Of a stretch of 64,000 bases of DNA, positions 1 to 11,852 are shown piece after piece. The position numbers were made by a program, and so were the translations under genes. Source of the DNA: Eledone cirrhosa (taxonomy: Eukaryota); the NCBI GenBank assembly GCA_964016885.1, contig OZ024741.1, positions 174,406,001 to 174,470,000 of the forward strand, in the 5' to 3' direction. The first letter of the stretch is position 1, and every line of letters starts with the position of its first letter. The notes under the pieces were generated by a model that saw only the letters and a list, made by a program, of their open reading frames with translations, searched no databases and was not told the DNA's origin.

Positions 1-209
1 GCACAAAGCCAGTCCCACTCTCTTAACCAAGATGATATTTACCAAAAAGAAGAACAAGTCAACATCATTGGATACCATCAGGGTTGCAGGTGCTATATTA
101 GAGTTTTCCTTCTCCTAGAATTCTGCCTTGACAAAGGCTAAGGGGTCATCTCTCCCACATATATACATGTATACATACATGTATACATGCATATATACAC
201 ACCTATATA

Positions 210-625
210 CATACCTTCAGATTTATGTCTGTGATTATTGGGGCACTGGGGTATGTTAGTAACTGCCTCAATACAAAACTTGAGAAGCTAGGCTTCACAG
301 GAACAGAAAGAACACAACTAGTTAGGAAATTACAAGTACAACCCATTAATGGAACAGTAAAAATATGTAAAACATTCCAAAAATTTTGCATCTAATAACT
401 GCATATACACAAGTACAGATACAAAGCATATACACATGCACACATACAACTCAAAACATATACATCCACACATACAATAACATCCATACCTACACATACA
501 TGCATACATACATATCTACCTAGTTGATGTTGTGTAAATTCCAATGAGAGAGTCTTGTGTCTATGTTAGAAACTGACTCTCTCTCTATTGGTAAAACTTT
601 GTGAAATTATAAAACCAGAAGAACA
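210..625 (+). mobile_element. 3' end of an R4/Dong-like (RLE-type) non-LTR retrotransposon: C-terminal coding remnant plus 3' UTR ending at a (TACA)n tract
   Basis: 210-395 translates HTFRFMSVIIGALGYVSNCLNTKLEKLGFTGTERTQLVRKLQVQPINGTVKICKTFQKFCI*. The (P/V)IIGALG motif and terminal KICKTF are typical of RLE-LINE C-termini. 520-625 is repeated at 1755-1860. Confidence 0.65.
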
Positions 626-740
626 TACATACACACACACACACACATACATACATACATACATACATACATACATACATACATACATACATACATACAT
701 ACATACATACATACATACATACATACATACATACATACAT
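624..740. repeat. (CA)n/(TACA)n microsatellite
   Basis: Direct reading: about 23 CATA units after a short CA run. Confidence 0.97.
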
Positions 741-924
741 GATATCGTATGCTCCCGTAACTCTTGATGGAGTTGTAGGGGCACCATATTGACACATGGC
801 ATCTCTTGGGCTTTTTAGCTTGGCAGAGCCCCATCTCTCTCCATGCCTGAGTACAGCAAATTTCTTCCAGAGAAGGATAGAAAGTATGAGAGAGGAAATG
901 AGAAAGGGATATATAGGAAGAATC

Positions 925-1070
925 AACACAGTACTAGACTGGTACTTTTTTATCGACCTTGAAAGGATGAAATGCAAAGTTGACCTTGGCAAGATTTGAA
1001 CTCAAGGAGCGGAGAGCTGAAATGAATACCACAAAACACTCTATCTGATGTTCAATTCGATGCCTTCATA
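925..1070 (-). mobile_element. tRNA-derived SINE, older diverged copy
   Basis: Shares the core ctggtact..ttatcgacc..aaggatgaaa.gcaaagttgacct.ggc..gatttgaactc with the other copies. gagttcaaat on the minus strand is B-box-like. Confidence 0.75.
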
Positions 1071-1404
1071 ATGCATTTACATACATATATACACTTGTAT
1101 AGATATAGGATGTTGCACAATTACACCTCTCAAAGGCGATGACACAGAACCGAGATCTCTGGTGTTATGCAGTAATATAGAAGACTCACTTTACAATGAG
1201 CACAGGCTGAAGCATACATCTAGTATGCACCACCTTGCCTCCATCCATCTTTCTATACACCTCCCACATCCTAACACCCCACTCATGTTCTAACATTCTG
1301 CCTCACACACATGCCCCTATACCTACCTCCCTAATCCCTACACACCTCCCCCTACCAGAGCCCCTAGCACACACTGTAAAGTGGTCATGTTGGTATTATG
1401 ACAA

Positions 1405-1570
1405 GAAGCCCCCAGCACACACTGTAGATGTGGTTGGCATTAGGAAGGGCATCGAGCCATAGAAACCAAGCCAAAATCAGTTCTATATGAGCAAAACATG
1501 GTCACTTGACCCAACTTGCCTCAAATAGGACAACCCGTCTAGCCCGTGCTAGCGTGGTAAATCGTGTTAA

Positions 1571-1608
<38 letters not shown>
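1405..1608 (+). mobile_element. SINE-like retroposon 3' part with (GAT)n tail
   Basis: gtggttggcattaggaagggcatc...cccgtgctagcgtggtaaatcgtgttaaa(tga)n. Related 3' ends occur inverted at ~3048-3101, ~13368-13430 and ~15241-15310. Confidence 0.6.
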
Positions 1609-1609
<1 letters not shown>

Positions 1610-1754
1610 TATATGTGCACATAAACTCAAAACATACATACCCACACATGCAATGGCATCCATATCTGCACACACACAAACAACACACACACACACACAT
1701 GTATACACACACACACATGTATACACACACACAAACACATACATACATAATGAC

Positions 1755-1862
1755 TTAGTTGATCTTGTTTAAATTACACTGAAAGAGATATGTCTCTGTG
1801 TTAGAAACTGGCTATTTTTCCATTAGTTGCAAATTAAAAAAAAACAAACAGAAGAACATACA
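1755..1862 (+). mobile_element. Second copy of the R4/Dong-like 3' UTR end, embedded in (TACA)n
   Basis: tagttgatcttgtttaaatt...tgttagaaactg...cagaagaacatacata matches 520-630. Confidence 0.55.
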
Positions 1863-1971
1863 TACACATATAAACACATACATAAATACATATATACATA
1901 CATACATTCACATATAAATATATAAATGTGGGTGCATGCATATATACATATGTGTATACATAGATAAATAA

Positions 1972-2153
1972 TTGTTTCTACTTTAGGCACAAGGCCAGCA
2001 ATTACCCAGTGTATTATTGGTACTTTATTTTATCGACCCCGTAAGGATGAAAGGCAAAGTTAACCTTGGTGGGATTTGAACTCAGAATGGCAAGGGCTGT
2101 AACTCTATACGTCAAAACATGGCGTCCGACCCTCTACCGATACTACCAATCCA
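1972..2153 (-). mobile_element. tRNA-derived SINE (young subfamily, Meta-domain-like core)
   Basis: Near-identical to 6178-6356, 6727-6913 and 15064-15189. Minus strand has a B box (gagttcaaatccc), the core gcctttcatccttacggggtcgataaaataaagtacc and an (ATT)n-type tail. Confidence 0.85.
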
Positions 2154-2239
2154 CATACACACCTAACCATATAAGCATGGAAAAATGAATGTAAAATGGT
2201 AACTAATTAACATGTATACATAAGTATATGTATGTATAT

Positions 2240-3640
2240 TGTCACTTTTTCTAAATTTTGTGTTCATCTTTGACTGGCCACCTTCCCAGTGGCAAGATTC
2301 TAAAGAAAGGGAAATTTCCATTGTCCCTTGAGCAATCATTCCTCCTTTTAGTTGTAAAATGTTTTTCAGATTTTGAAGGTTGTAGATTTTGTGGCCATTT
2401 GTAACTTATTGAAATAAGATATCCTCCTTTTCTTGTATTTTTCTTACTACATTGATATCAAGTGGGCAGTTGACTTCTACAAGAGAATGAGTTTTTTTAA
2501 TGTATTTCCAAACAACAATATCAGACTAGTTGTATTTTAATTTGGTGTCAGCTTTTATTTTTAGGTTTCTCCAGGATACATTTGAACCATTAGTTTTAAC
2601 ATATTTTTTCCTATTTGCTGTTATTTTTGTCTTCCTTAGTGCATTCCAGCTTGTTCTCATTGGAAGTAGTAATCAAAAAATATTCTTTCAGAGATGGCAA
2701 TAATGTGGTTAACATCTTCAGTCTTTGTTTTGTACAGCCTACATTTATTGTCAACTGATGAATTTCCTCTTTTGTGCAATAGGTACTTCATGGGGATTTC
2801 TTGTTCCTGGATTACATAGATATATCCTTTAAAGTGGGATGCTAAGTACCTAGATACAACCTTCTCAGTCTATTTTTCTTATTTTGCTCGAGCATTGAGT
2901 AGAGTTTTCAAATATTCATTGGAAAGAGATTTGTGTTAGCTTTTATTTCATGTCCATTCCCTAGTGTAAGCTCATAAACCTTGGCATGATAGTTGCTGAC
3001 CTTTTTCTTCTGTTGTTGATGTTGCTTCAGTGTCACTATCTAAGGCTCATCATCATCATCATCTTCGTTTAACGTCTATTTTCCACGCTAGCATGGGGTG
3101 GATTTTAGACCCTGGCCACCCTTACTGTGTGGGAAATATTGCCTATTCACATCAGTGTTAATGTTAGTTTCCAATACCATTGAGCAGCTTACATCCATCT
3201 TGTTTAGTTCTTACAATGACTAGTTCAGCAGGTCAAATGTTTTTGATAGGATCAGCACAGATAAAGTATTATGGTCGATGTACTTGTTGCATGCCGAGAG
3301 TTTTGATGACCATATTCTCTTTATTCTTCTGAGGTATTCTTTCTTGTCTTCTCTTTATTTACGAGGCTATCATATCTGATATTTTTATCCTGTCCAAGAT
3401 GCCTGTAGTTATCAACTGACTGTAGGGACTGTATTGCCAAGCCATTCATGTTTATATTCTCAGAGGAGGGTACAATTTTCCACATTTTATCACCAAAAAT
3501 AAGCATTTGGACTCATCAAATTTTGTTCTAATGTCTGTAGAGAATTGGGTAATGAGGTCCAATTGCTTTTTAATTTGGTTGATATTTGGCCAATACAACT
3601 TCAGGTCGTTGACAAAGAAAAGAAGGGACATACTTCTGGA
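2240..3640 (-). mobile_element. Decayed 3' half of an R4/Dong-clade RLE non-LTR retrotransposon (RT - CCHC - RLE)
   Basis: Manual minus-strand translation, in the expected order with stops and frameshifts. RT motif SLLFFVNDLKLY...FSTDIRTKFDESKC (~3500-3632); YRHLGQD (~3390); RIKRIWSSKLSACNKY (~3280-3330); DVNRQYFPHSKGGQGLKS (~3100-3155); GYIYVIQEQEI...NKCRLYKTKTEDVNHII (~2700-2830); RLE-like N*SDIVVW...VEVNCPLDIN...EK (~2420-2530). Confidence 0.8.
3048..3101 (-). mobile_element. Short (GAT)n-tailed SINE 3' end inserted in the R4/Dong remnant
   Basis: catcatcatcatcatcttcgtttaacgtctattttccacgctagcatggg is the reverse complement of the 3' end at 1545-1608. Confidence 0.6.
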
Positions 3641-3939
3641 TATATTTGTATGTGTGTATCCAACATGCCTGTCACCCGGCCTTGGTTCTTAGGATGGGTG
3701 GGGAAAACTTCTGAACATTCAGGGGGAGCACTGTAATTTGCAATAATTTGCAATCATTCTACATATCACTGTAACTTATTTTCTAAATCTGAGACTGCAA
3801 CATTGAAAAGTAGATCAGTACCATCATGTGTCATCCAATGCCCCCCCCCCCCCCACCTGCCACTTCCTAGCAATGGGGCTCAATATCCAGTTTATTCCTG
3901 TGAATAAGTACACTGTATTCCTAGAATAAGTACACAGTA

Positions 3940-4471
3940 TTCAGTGATGGCCAAATTGGTAAGAATATGGAGGAGCAAAATCAGCTTTCCGACCAAGTGC
4001 AGATTGTACAAATTGCTGGTAGTCTCCGTCCTCCTACATGGATGTGAAACCTGGAGACTTTTGGCAGAAACAGAGAGAAGGATCCAGGCATTTGAGGACA
4101 AATGCATGAGAAAACTCTTTCATATTTCCTATTGGGACCATAAAACCAATGAATACATGCAGAGAAAGGTTGAAAGTTTTGTGGGTCACCAGGAACCTCT
4201 GCTCACCACTGTCAAGAGGAGGAACTTGGCATGGTTTGGCCATGTCACACAACATGACAGCCTGTGCAAGACCATCATGTTTGGACAATCATGTTTGGAC
4301 CATCTGTTTGGAAAATGTCAAAGAATGGACACACATGACTACACCAGATTTGCTGACGGCTGCCATTGATAGACTATTTTGAATGTATGCTACTTCTGCA
4401 TTCGGATCCCCATCAATGACTACAAAAGTCAAGGGACTGATGATGATGATGATGATGATGAGGATGATGAT
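3940..4471 (+). mobile_element. 5'-truncated RTE-clade LINE (post-RT C-terminal region) with (GAT)n tail
   Basis: ORF 3944-4369: IW.SKISFPTK.RLY..LVVSVLL.GCETW.L....ERRIQAFE.KC.RK...ISY.DHKTNE...WFGHV is the typical RTE/BovB-type C-terminus. It ends gtcaagggac(tga)n at ~4428-4471. Confidence 0.88.
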
Positions 4472-4849
4472 TTCTCTGTGTGTGGATTATCTTTAGCACT
4501 ACATGTCACTAATCATTGCTATCTTTTATCATCTAAGTTGTGTGTTTCAACCTCATATAAACACTCCTCATATCAATACTTTTCCCATGTTTTTCTAGGT
4601 CGATTATATCTTCAACAGGTCCCATTTACTTTGATTGATTGCTCTGCACTTCTTTATACATACATGATTTCTCTTATACCTAGATGTTTTTTTTTTCTCT
4701 CTCTTTATTTATGTTACGTCATGTCATTCATGCACGCTGACATTATACATCCACCGGATGTGTGGCATCAGTGTGCATGAAGGACAAAACATAAATATGT
4801 ATGTATATATGTACAGTCATATGTGTGGTTGGGTGTTTTTGTTGAGCAT

Positions 4850-4860
4850 ACATATATGTG

Positions 4861-4914
<54 letters not shown>

Positions 4915-4972
4915 AGCGTCAACCTAATACTAACACTTTCTACTGCACTCTTCGCTTTGTTTTTGTTTTCTG

Positions 4973-5022
<50 letters not shown>

Positions 5023-5050
5023 CATATACATATATACACACACATATACA
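4850..5050. repeat. (TA)n / (TACATA)n microsatellites
   Basis: Direct reading. Confidence 0.9.
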
Positions 5051-5483
5051 TTTAAGCTATAATCAATTTGTTGTTTTATCACCTGTTATTACAGTCATTG
5101 TTAGGTTTCTCTACTTCTCTACACTGTCTCCCCACCACCACCACCACCAACCGCTGTCCCTTTTTTATTCCTTTTTGTGTATTTTATTCATTGAGTGAGT
5201 GTTTGGTTAGTTTTCAGTCAGGTTTATTGACTGTTCTTATCAACAGAAGCAGGGTGGAGTCCGATGGGATCGGTGAGGGCAGTGGATTACTATGGTTGGG
5301 TGGAGAATATGAGATGGCAGTAAAATGAAACAAAGTAATATGAATATATATATATATATATATACAATAGATAAATAGCTTGCCAGTATGTTGATTGAGA
5401 ATATCCTGAGCAAATGGTGAGGGCAAAGATGAAGAGATATGAATGACATGCATTAAATAAAGACAAGAGTTCATCAAAGACTA

Positions 5484-5485
<2 letters not shown>

Positions 5486-5521
<36 letters not shown>
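5486..5521. repeat. (CT)n microsatellite
   Basis: Direct reading. Confidence 0.95.
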
Positions 5522-5522
<1 letters not shown>

Positions 5523-5685
5523 GTGGTTATAGGTGGTTATCTGTAATATAGTGATATAGCTAAATGAACATGGTAAATATCAGGTGATGTATATAATAAT
5601 TATTATCCATCAGAGATTGGACTTTCTCTTTAAGGTGATATTGTGACATAGCTAAATGGACATGGTAAATAGCAGACTGATCCTA

Positions 5686-6356
5686 TAATAATGGTTTCTA
5701 AATTAGGTACAAAACCAGCAATTTGTGAGAATGGAAAGTTGATTAAATAAACTCTAGTAGATGGCTGGTACATTATTTTATTGATCCTAGAAGGATGAAA
5801 GGCAAAGTTGACCTCAGTGGGATTTGAACCCAGGACATAATGCCACAAAGCATTTTGTCTGTCCCTCTAATGATTTTGCCAATCTATCCCTCCCCTTCCT
5901 AGGCTGATCCATAACAACAACAACAACAACAACAACAATAATAATGGTTTCTTATATAGGCGCAAGGCCAACAATTTTTTTTGGGGGGAAGTCGATTAAA
6001 TCGATTCCAGTGTATTACTGGTACTTTATTTTATCGACCCCGTAAGGATGAAAGGCAAATTTAACCCCGGCGGGATTTGAACTCAGATCATAAAGGGCCG
6101 TAACTCTATGCTGTAAAGCATGGCGTCTGACCTTCTATCGATGTTGCCAATCCGCTGCCCTAACAACAACAATAATAATTGTTTCTACTTTTGGCACAAG
6201 GCCAGCAATTATCCCAGTGTATTACTGGTACTTTATTTTATCGACCCCGTAAGGATGAAAGGCAAAGTTAACCTCAGCGGGATATGAACTCAGACCATAA
6301 AGGGCTGTAACTCTTTGCTGCAAAGCATGGCGTCCAACCCTCTACCGATACTGCCA
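5686..6356 (-). mobile_element. Three head-to-tail tRNA-derived SINE copies (~5686-5890, ~5943-6161, ~6178-6356)
   Basis: Each has the ggtac...aaggatgaaaggcaaa..t.acc...gggat.tgaac core. They are separated by (AAC)n(AAT)n tails. Confidence 0.85.
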
Positions 6357-6582
6357 TAATAATGATACTATTTTCTAAAGAGAGATATGGATTATATAGT
6401 CAAAAGTAAATGTTAATACTGAAGAAATCTTTATAAATTATCCTATATATTGTGACTGATTCATAGAATTGTTGTGAATTGATTGATAAATGTAGTTGTT
6501 CAGGTGTTGGACAACCAAGCTGAACAGTCAATATTGTGTATTCTGTCACTAGCTTCATGAGTAGCTTCCATGGTAAAGATGC

Positions 6583-7234
6583 TTAACTCTTTTGATACCA
6601 AACCACCTGAAACTACTCCTAGTTTTATGTGGCTGTTTCTTTTAAAATGTAAATATTAAAAAAAAAAAATTTCCACCATAGTTTTATTTAAATATCTTAT
6701 TATTTTCCAAACACCAACTTAATAATTGTTTCTATACTTGGCACAAGGCCAGCAATTACCCAGTACATTACTGGTACTTTATTTTATCGACCCCGTAAGG
6801 ATGAAAGGCAAAGCTAACCTCGACGGGATTAGAACTCAGAATGGCAAGGGTTGTAACTCAATGCGTCAAAGCATGGTGTCTGAATCTCTACCGGTACTGC
6901 CAATCCACCGCCCTTAATAATAAGACTGAGGCAGTGACAATGGAAATTTGATTCCATTATGTTCAGACCTGATATATATGTATATATTTATTTGACACTA
7001 GTTGAGTTGATGTTTAAAATATATCTCTCACCACTGTCATTGTTGTAATGGTAGTAATTAATGTTTTCTACAGACAAAACTATCAGCCAGTCAGCTTTGA
7101 CTAAACTGAACTGATTCTGAACATAAAATGGTTAGTTATATTACTAAATCCCTCCAAATTCTTGATTATTTTCAAAATGATTTGAAAATCATTGACTGTG
7201 ATTTTCATTTGATATATAGTATTAAAAGGGTTAA
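6583..7234. mobile_element. TTAA-flanked MITE (piggyBac-like), interrupted by a SINE and other inserted DNA
   Basis: ttaa-ctcttttgatacca at 6583 and tagtattaaaaggg-ttaa at 7217-7234 form an imperfect 14-bp TIR (11/14). The internal sequence resembles 57733-57969. Confidence 0.55.
6727..6913 (-). mobile_element. Full-length tRNA-derived SINE with 8-bp TSD
   Basis: ttaataat at 6719-6726 and 6914-6921. Minus-strand head gggcggtggattggcagtaccggtag...gagttctaatccc. Confidence 0.88.
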
Positions 7235-7339
7235 ATATTCAGTGCGTCAGATCTATTAACTGTAAATAAGCACCATAGAATGAATGCCTTCAGCAGCTAA
7301 GAGCTCATAACTCTCTTGAACAAGTTATCTAATATTTTC

Positions 7340-7655
7340 ATTATTTGGCTATTTTGCCTATATTACTTGAATGTCTGATCAGCTAAGCTATACTAGGCTT
7401 TCATAAGACAATAAAACTGGCTATTTTGTCTGTATTACTTGAGTGGTTTTTAAGCTAAGCTGTACTAGGCTGACATAAATCTGAATAAAACTGGTTATTT
7501 TACTTGAATGACTGATAACTTGAATGACTGATTAGCTAAGCTATACTAATCTTTCATAAGACAATAGAACTGGCTATGTTGCCTGGATTACTTGGATGAA
7601 TGGTTAGCTAAGCTACACTTGGTTGTCATAAGTCTGAATAAAACTGGTTATTTTT
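7340..7655. repeat. Degenerate ~70-80-bp tandem repeat (~4 copies)
   Basis: agctaagct recurs at ~7381, 7452, 7534 and 7606 with flanking cataag..aata.aactgg.tatt motifs. Confidence 0.8.
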
Positions 7656-9099
7656 TTTTTTATTATTATTGACTGGTTTGTGTCTGCCTGATTAGCGAAC
7701 ATTGACAATTGCTTTAACTCTATCAAATTAAAGACTCCCACGAGAATATTTTTTAATGGTCTCCATTCCAGTTTATAAAATGTCTGTTTATTTAATTGTA
7801 TTCCTTTAGTTGTTTTACACAACATTTAGTTTATATACAAAGTTAGTTCAGGAATTGGTAAAAGCTTTTACCTTTTGTAAAAAATAAAAATAAAAAAATA
7901 AAAAATGATGAACTGAAAGTTTTTTTTATAGGTAGCTAGTGTTTAGCTTTGAAGTAAATTAGATTGATCTTTGATCTCTTAAAACAATATACCTGTTAAC
8001 ATTTTGAATTGAAAAGTGTTAAGTTTGCTGATATAACAGAACATCTGATTTATAACGCATTAGGTATTTATTTACGTAGAGATGAGAATTCTAGTTAGCT
8101 GTGTAACAACACATTTGTTTCCATTTTATCAGTCAATAAAACTGAGATTAGTGATGAGGAAGCAGATTTGCTAAGTTAATTTTTTTAAAAATCAACAGGA
8201 TTTTGTACTTTGCCATTCTTGGTTAACACTTCTTATTTGTAATGATACCTTTGTCATATATGCCAGAATCAGAATATAATAAAGAAAGATCAGGGCTGGA
8301 TTAAGTTCTTTTGGGGCCCTAAGTACTTAAAAGATTATAGTTGTTCTCCTCCCACCCTATATAATGCCTGCAAAAAAATGGCTTTTTTAATGACAAATAC
8401 ATTTAATTTGTATGAAATTGTGCCCTTATTCCCTTGATGTCCCAAGTGTGTGCTTATTTCACTTAATGGTTAATCCAGATCTGAGGAGGGTTTACAAAGG
8501 CTGGAGAGAAACAAATCAAGCATGCACCATTGTATATATTAGTGTGCAGGAAGGATGAAGCATGGATGATCATAAGAAGAGTCAAATATAGCATGCCAGA
8601 GAGAAGTATGTGCTGATACAGACATGTGATGTATATGGATGATAAGTGTTAGATGAAGAAGTACCAGGAGTTCCATGTGAAAGGAAGCAATGGAAGAAGA
8701 AGAAAAACTATCTCGGAAGACTGAACTACTCAAAAGAGATGATACAAGAAAGAGAAAATGAAAAGAAAGCTGTATACCAGAGAGTACTTGTCTAATCCAC
8801 ACAGACATGGAAAAGCAGACATAAAATTAGGATGATGAAGACTTTAAAAGTTGGAGATGTTGAACGTTATGACTTGTATATTTTACCCAATCAATTTATA
8901 ACACATGAGTATTTTTGCAAGCTGTCTCAGACTAGTTATAACAGTGTGGTTGATGTTCAGTTTGAAATTCTGTAGGTGGACATTGGAGATGGAAGGATCA
9001 AAACAAAAAGAAACTGTATGCAGTAGGCCCTGATCTATAAAAACACATTATTTGTGAACACCCTGAATCAAAACCTCCATATGCTTTATGAGACTATGG

Positions 9100-9263
9100 T
9101 TATATGTCTGGAAAGTTCCTCTCAAAGGTGTAGGTCTTAACAAGATTTTTCTTTTGTGAAAGACCAGCTGTTGCCCATGCATGCAAATATTCCCTCTCCA
9201 CATCGTTGATATTCTCCAAGAAAAAATCAATGACTTTTGCAGATAAATTTATTATGTAAAGGG
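9100..9263 (-). CDS. Candidate isolated terminal coding exon (xLYIINLSAKVIDFFLENINDVEREYLHAWATAGLSQKKNLVKTYTFERNFPDI*), product unknown
   Basis: Good acceptor (atatctctttcag) followed by 53 open codons to TAA in non-repetitive sequence. No homology recognised. Confidence 0.3.
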
Positions 9264-9324
9264 CTGAAAGAGATATTGTAAAGCTTCACATCTGATGCAC
9301 AAACAATTCTGCCAACCAACCATC

Positions 9325-9470
9325 CTGGACTGGTACTTTATTTATCGACACAAATAGAATGAAAGGCTAATTTGACCTCTGTGTGATTTAAACTCAGTAC
9401 AGAGATCCAGAACAAATAGCTCAAGGCATTTAGTTCGATGCTTTAATATCTCTGCCAATTTATTGCCTTG
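9325..9470 (-). mobile_element. tRNA-derived SINE, diverged copy
   Basis: ctggtactttatttatcgac...gaatgaaaggc...ttgacct...gatttaaactcag core. Confidence 0.7.
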
Positions 9471-9579
9471 AATATATTACTAAGATATCTTGAATATATT
9501 TTCTTACCTACTTTGGTTGGGCTTCTATCTTAACCAATGCAACAAAGTTACTATTCTGCTCTTCTCTGTCTATCACCTC

Positions 9580-10030
9580 CACCTTTGGTTTCTGAATATA
9601 TTCCAAGTGAATATCCTTCTTCAAGTTGTCAAAGTATGTGACATGATATCCACCACACATCTCTGTTCATTACAGTCATCTTCAGTTCCTAGATAGATTC
9701 CAAACCAATATTCTGCTTCAGGTTGTCAATATATGTGACATGACATCCATCATACTTCTCTGTCCACTACTGCCATCTTCAGTTCCTGGATAGATTCCAG
9801 GTCAATATCCTGCTATAGGTTGTCAATATATGTGACATGACATCCACCATACTTCTCTGCATATCACTGCTATCTTCAGTCCCTAGACAGATTCCAAACC
9901 AATATTCTGCTTCAGGTTATCACACCACTGTCTATCATCAACATCTTCAGTTTCTGGATAGATTCCAAGCCAATATCCTGTTACAGGCTGTCAATATGTG
10001 TGACATGATGAACACCACACCTTTGTATTT
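9580..10030. repeat. ~97-bp tandem repeat (~4.5 copies)
   Basis: tgtgacatga at ~9637, 9734, 9831 (period 97) and 9999. catcttcagt...agattcca...caatat recurs. Confidence 0.88.
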
Positions 10031-10784
10031 CATGTCATGGAGCCCACAGGGCCAGTTTTGACACTTTCTTTTCCAGATATCCTAAACAATGTCCTGATAA
10101 AAAGATTTTAAACTCTATGAACTTCTCACCTACTTTTGGAAGGTTTCCATCTAGGCATTTGTTTACCATATGTCACTTCACATCAAGGGTCATACGTAGA
10201 TTCCTTGTGTAGCAACAATCATAACTATTTTCTCTTCATTTCATTTCCAATATATATTTCTAAGATATTACATTTAGTAGTCTTTTAAAGTTACTTGTAA
10301 AGTTTATGTTATGTTGGATTTTGCGTGGCGAGAAGGAAATTATTTTTTTAAAACTTCAAGTCTAAAATTAAATTAAGCTTTATTTACACAAGGTATTTAT
10401 CTTTAAAACATATTTATCAGTCAACACATACATCTATAGGCAGACATAATTTTGCACTTGAGTACATGTATAATTTGCTTTAAACATTACACAAAGATGT
10501 ATTCACAGATACAGATTGAGACAGAGCTTGCAGTAATGTAGTACACACGTTTATATTAACATCTAATCTAATAGTAAAAAGCTGAGTTTGTGAAATGAGT
10601 GAAATGTCTGGAGTATTACATAGGTGAGATTTCTCACTTTGATAATTCAGATAATTCAATCAGAAGATTAGTGCAAAACTATATTGTAATAGAAATGAAA
10701 TTATATTGCATTTTGTTTCATCTTTGCATGTGCATCTGTTGGTATTTATCATATATATGTGCGTGCGTGCATATATTTGAATGC

Positions 10785-10795
10785 ATATATATATC

Positions 10796-10892
<97 letters not shown>

Positions 10893-11011
10893 ACATGTAT
10901 ATATATGTATATACAAATATATATGTATGTCTGTATGTATGTACATATATACGTTTATATATATTTATAATCATTACATACATATATGCATATATGTAAT
11001 ATGTATATATG

Positions 11012-11043
<32 letters not shown>

Positions 11044-11090
11044 CATACACATACATACTTGTATATATGTAATATATACATATATGTTTT
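10785..11090. repeat. (CT)n(TA)n(CA)n compound microsatellite
   Basis: Direct reading. Confidence 0.93.
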
Positions 11091-11277
11091 CACATAGTAC
11101 TTCTCACATTGTCAAAAATTACACTATGAGGTTTTATTTTATTTTAGGTGGAGGGGGGAAGTGCTGGTGAGTAGACAGGGGGAGGGGGGGGGGATAGGTT
11201 CATTCTACATTCAGCACACATATATCTCCTTTTTAAAGATATTGAATTTCATATTAATATATTGGTGTTTAGATGGT

Positions 11278-11281
11278 ATTG

Positions 11282-11313
<32 letters not shown>

Positions 11314-11324
11314 GGTGGTGGTGG

Positions 11325-11370
<46 letters not shown>

Positions 11371-11383
11371 GGTGTTGTTGTTG

Positions 11384-11415
<32 letters not shown>

Positions 11416-11434
11416 GGTGGTGGTGGTGGTGTTT

Positions 11435-11466
<32 letters not shown>

Positions 11467-11506
11467 GGTGGTGGTGGTGGTGGTGGTGGTGGTGGTGGTG
11501 TTGTTG
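11278..11506. repeat. Alternating (GTT)n/(GGT)n compound trinucleotide microsatellite
   Basis: Four GTT-to-GGT block alternations. It produces the poly-V/G, poly-C/W and poly-P/T ORFs. Confidence 0.97.
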
Positions 11507-11569
11507 TATATTGGTATTTTATATTCTGTAATAGATAATCTACCAATTTTTCTAGAGTTTTAAGAATAT

Positions 11570-11570
11570 T

Positions 11571-11628
<58 letters not shown>

Positions 11629-11817
11629 TATGCATATATATATCATGTATACATGTGTGTGCATTTATATATATATATATATATATATATATGCGTACAT
11701 ATACATATATATATACATATATATGTATGTATACATTTGTGTATGTATATATAAACATGTGCGTGTGGTTGTGTGTGTTGCTATGTCTGTGTGTTCATGT
11801 ATCTATGCATCACTGTA

Positions 11818-11851
<34 letters not shown>
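11570..11851. repeat. (TA)n/(TG)n microsatellite region
   Basis: Direct reading. Confidence 0.9.

Positions 11852-11852
<1 letters not shown>

Noticed and set aside
5550-5675. ~30-bp direct repeat (gtga.atagctaaatg.acatggtaaata) 91 bp apart
   Set aside because: Two diverged copies only; an ordinary local duplication.
6727-6913. tRNA genes suggested by A/B-box motifs (also 14330-14390)
   Set aside because: No cloverleaf. The boxes are heads of multi-copy SINEs with body, tail and TSDs.
11161-11579. Poly-Pro/Thr (mucin/extensin-like), poly-Gly/Val and poly-Cys/Trp ORFs
   Set aside because: Translations of the GTT/GGT microsatellite.
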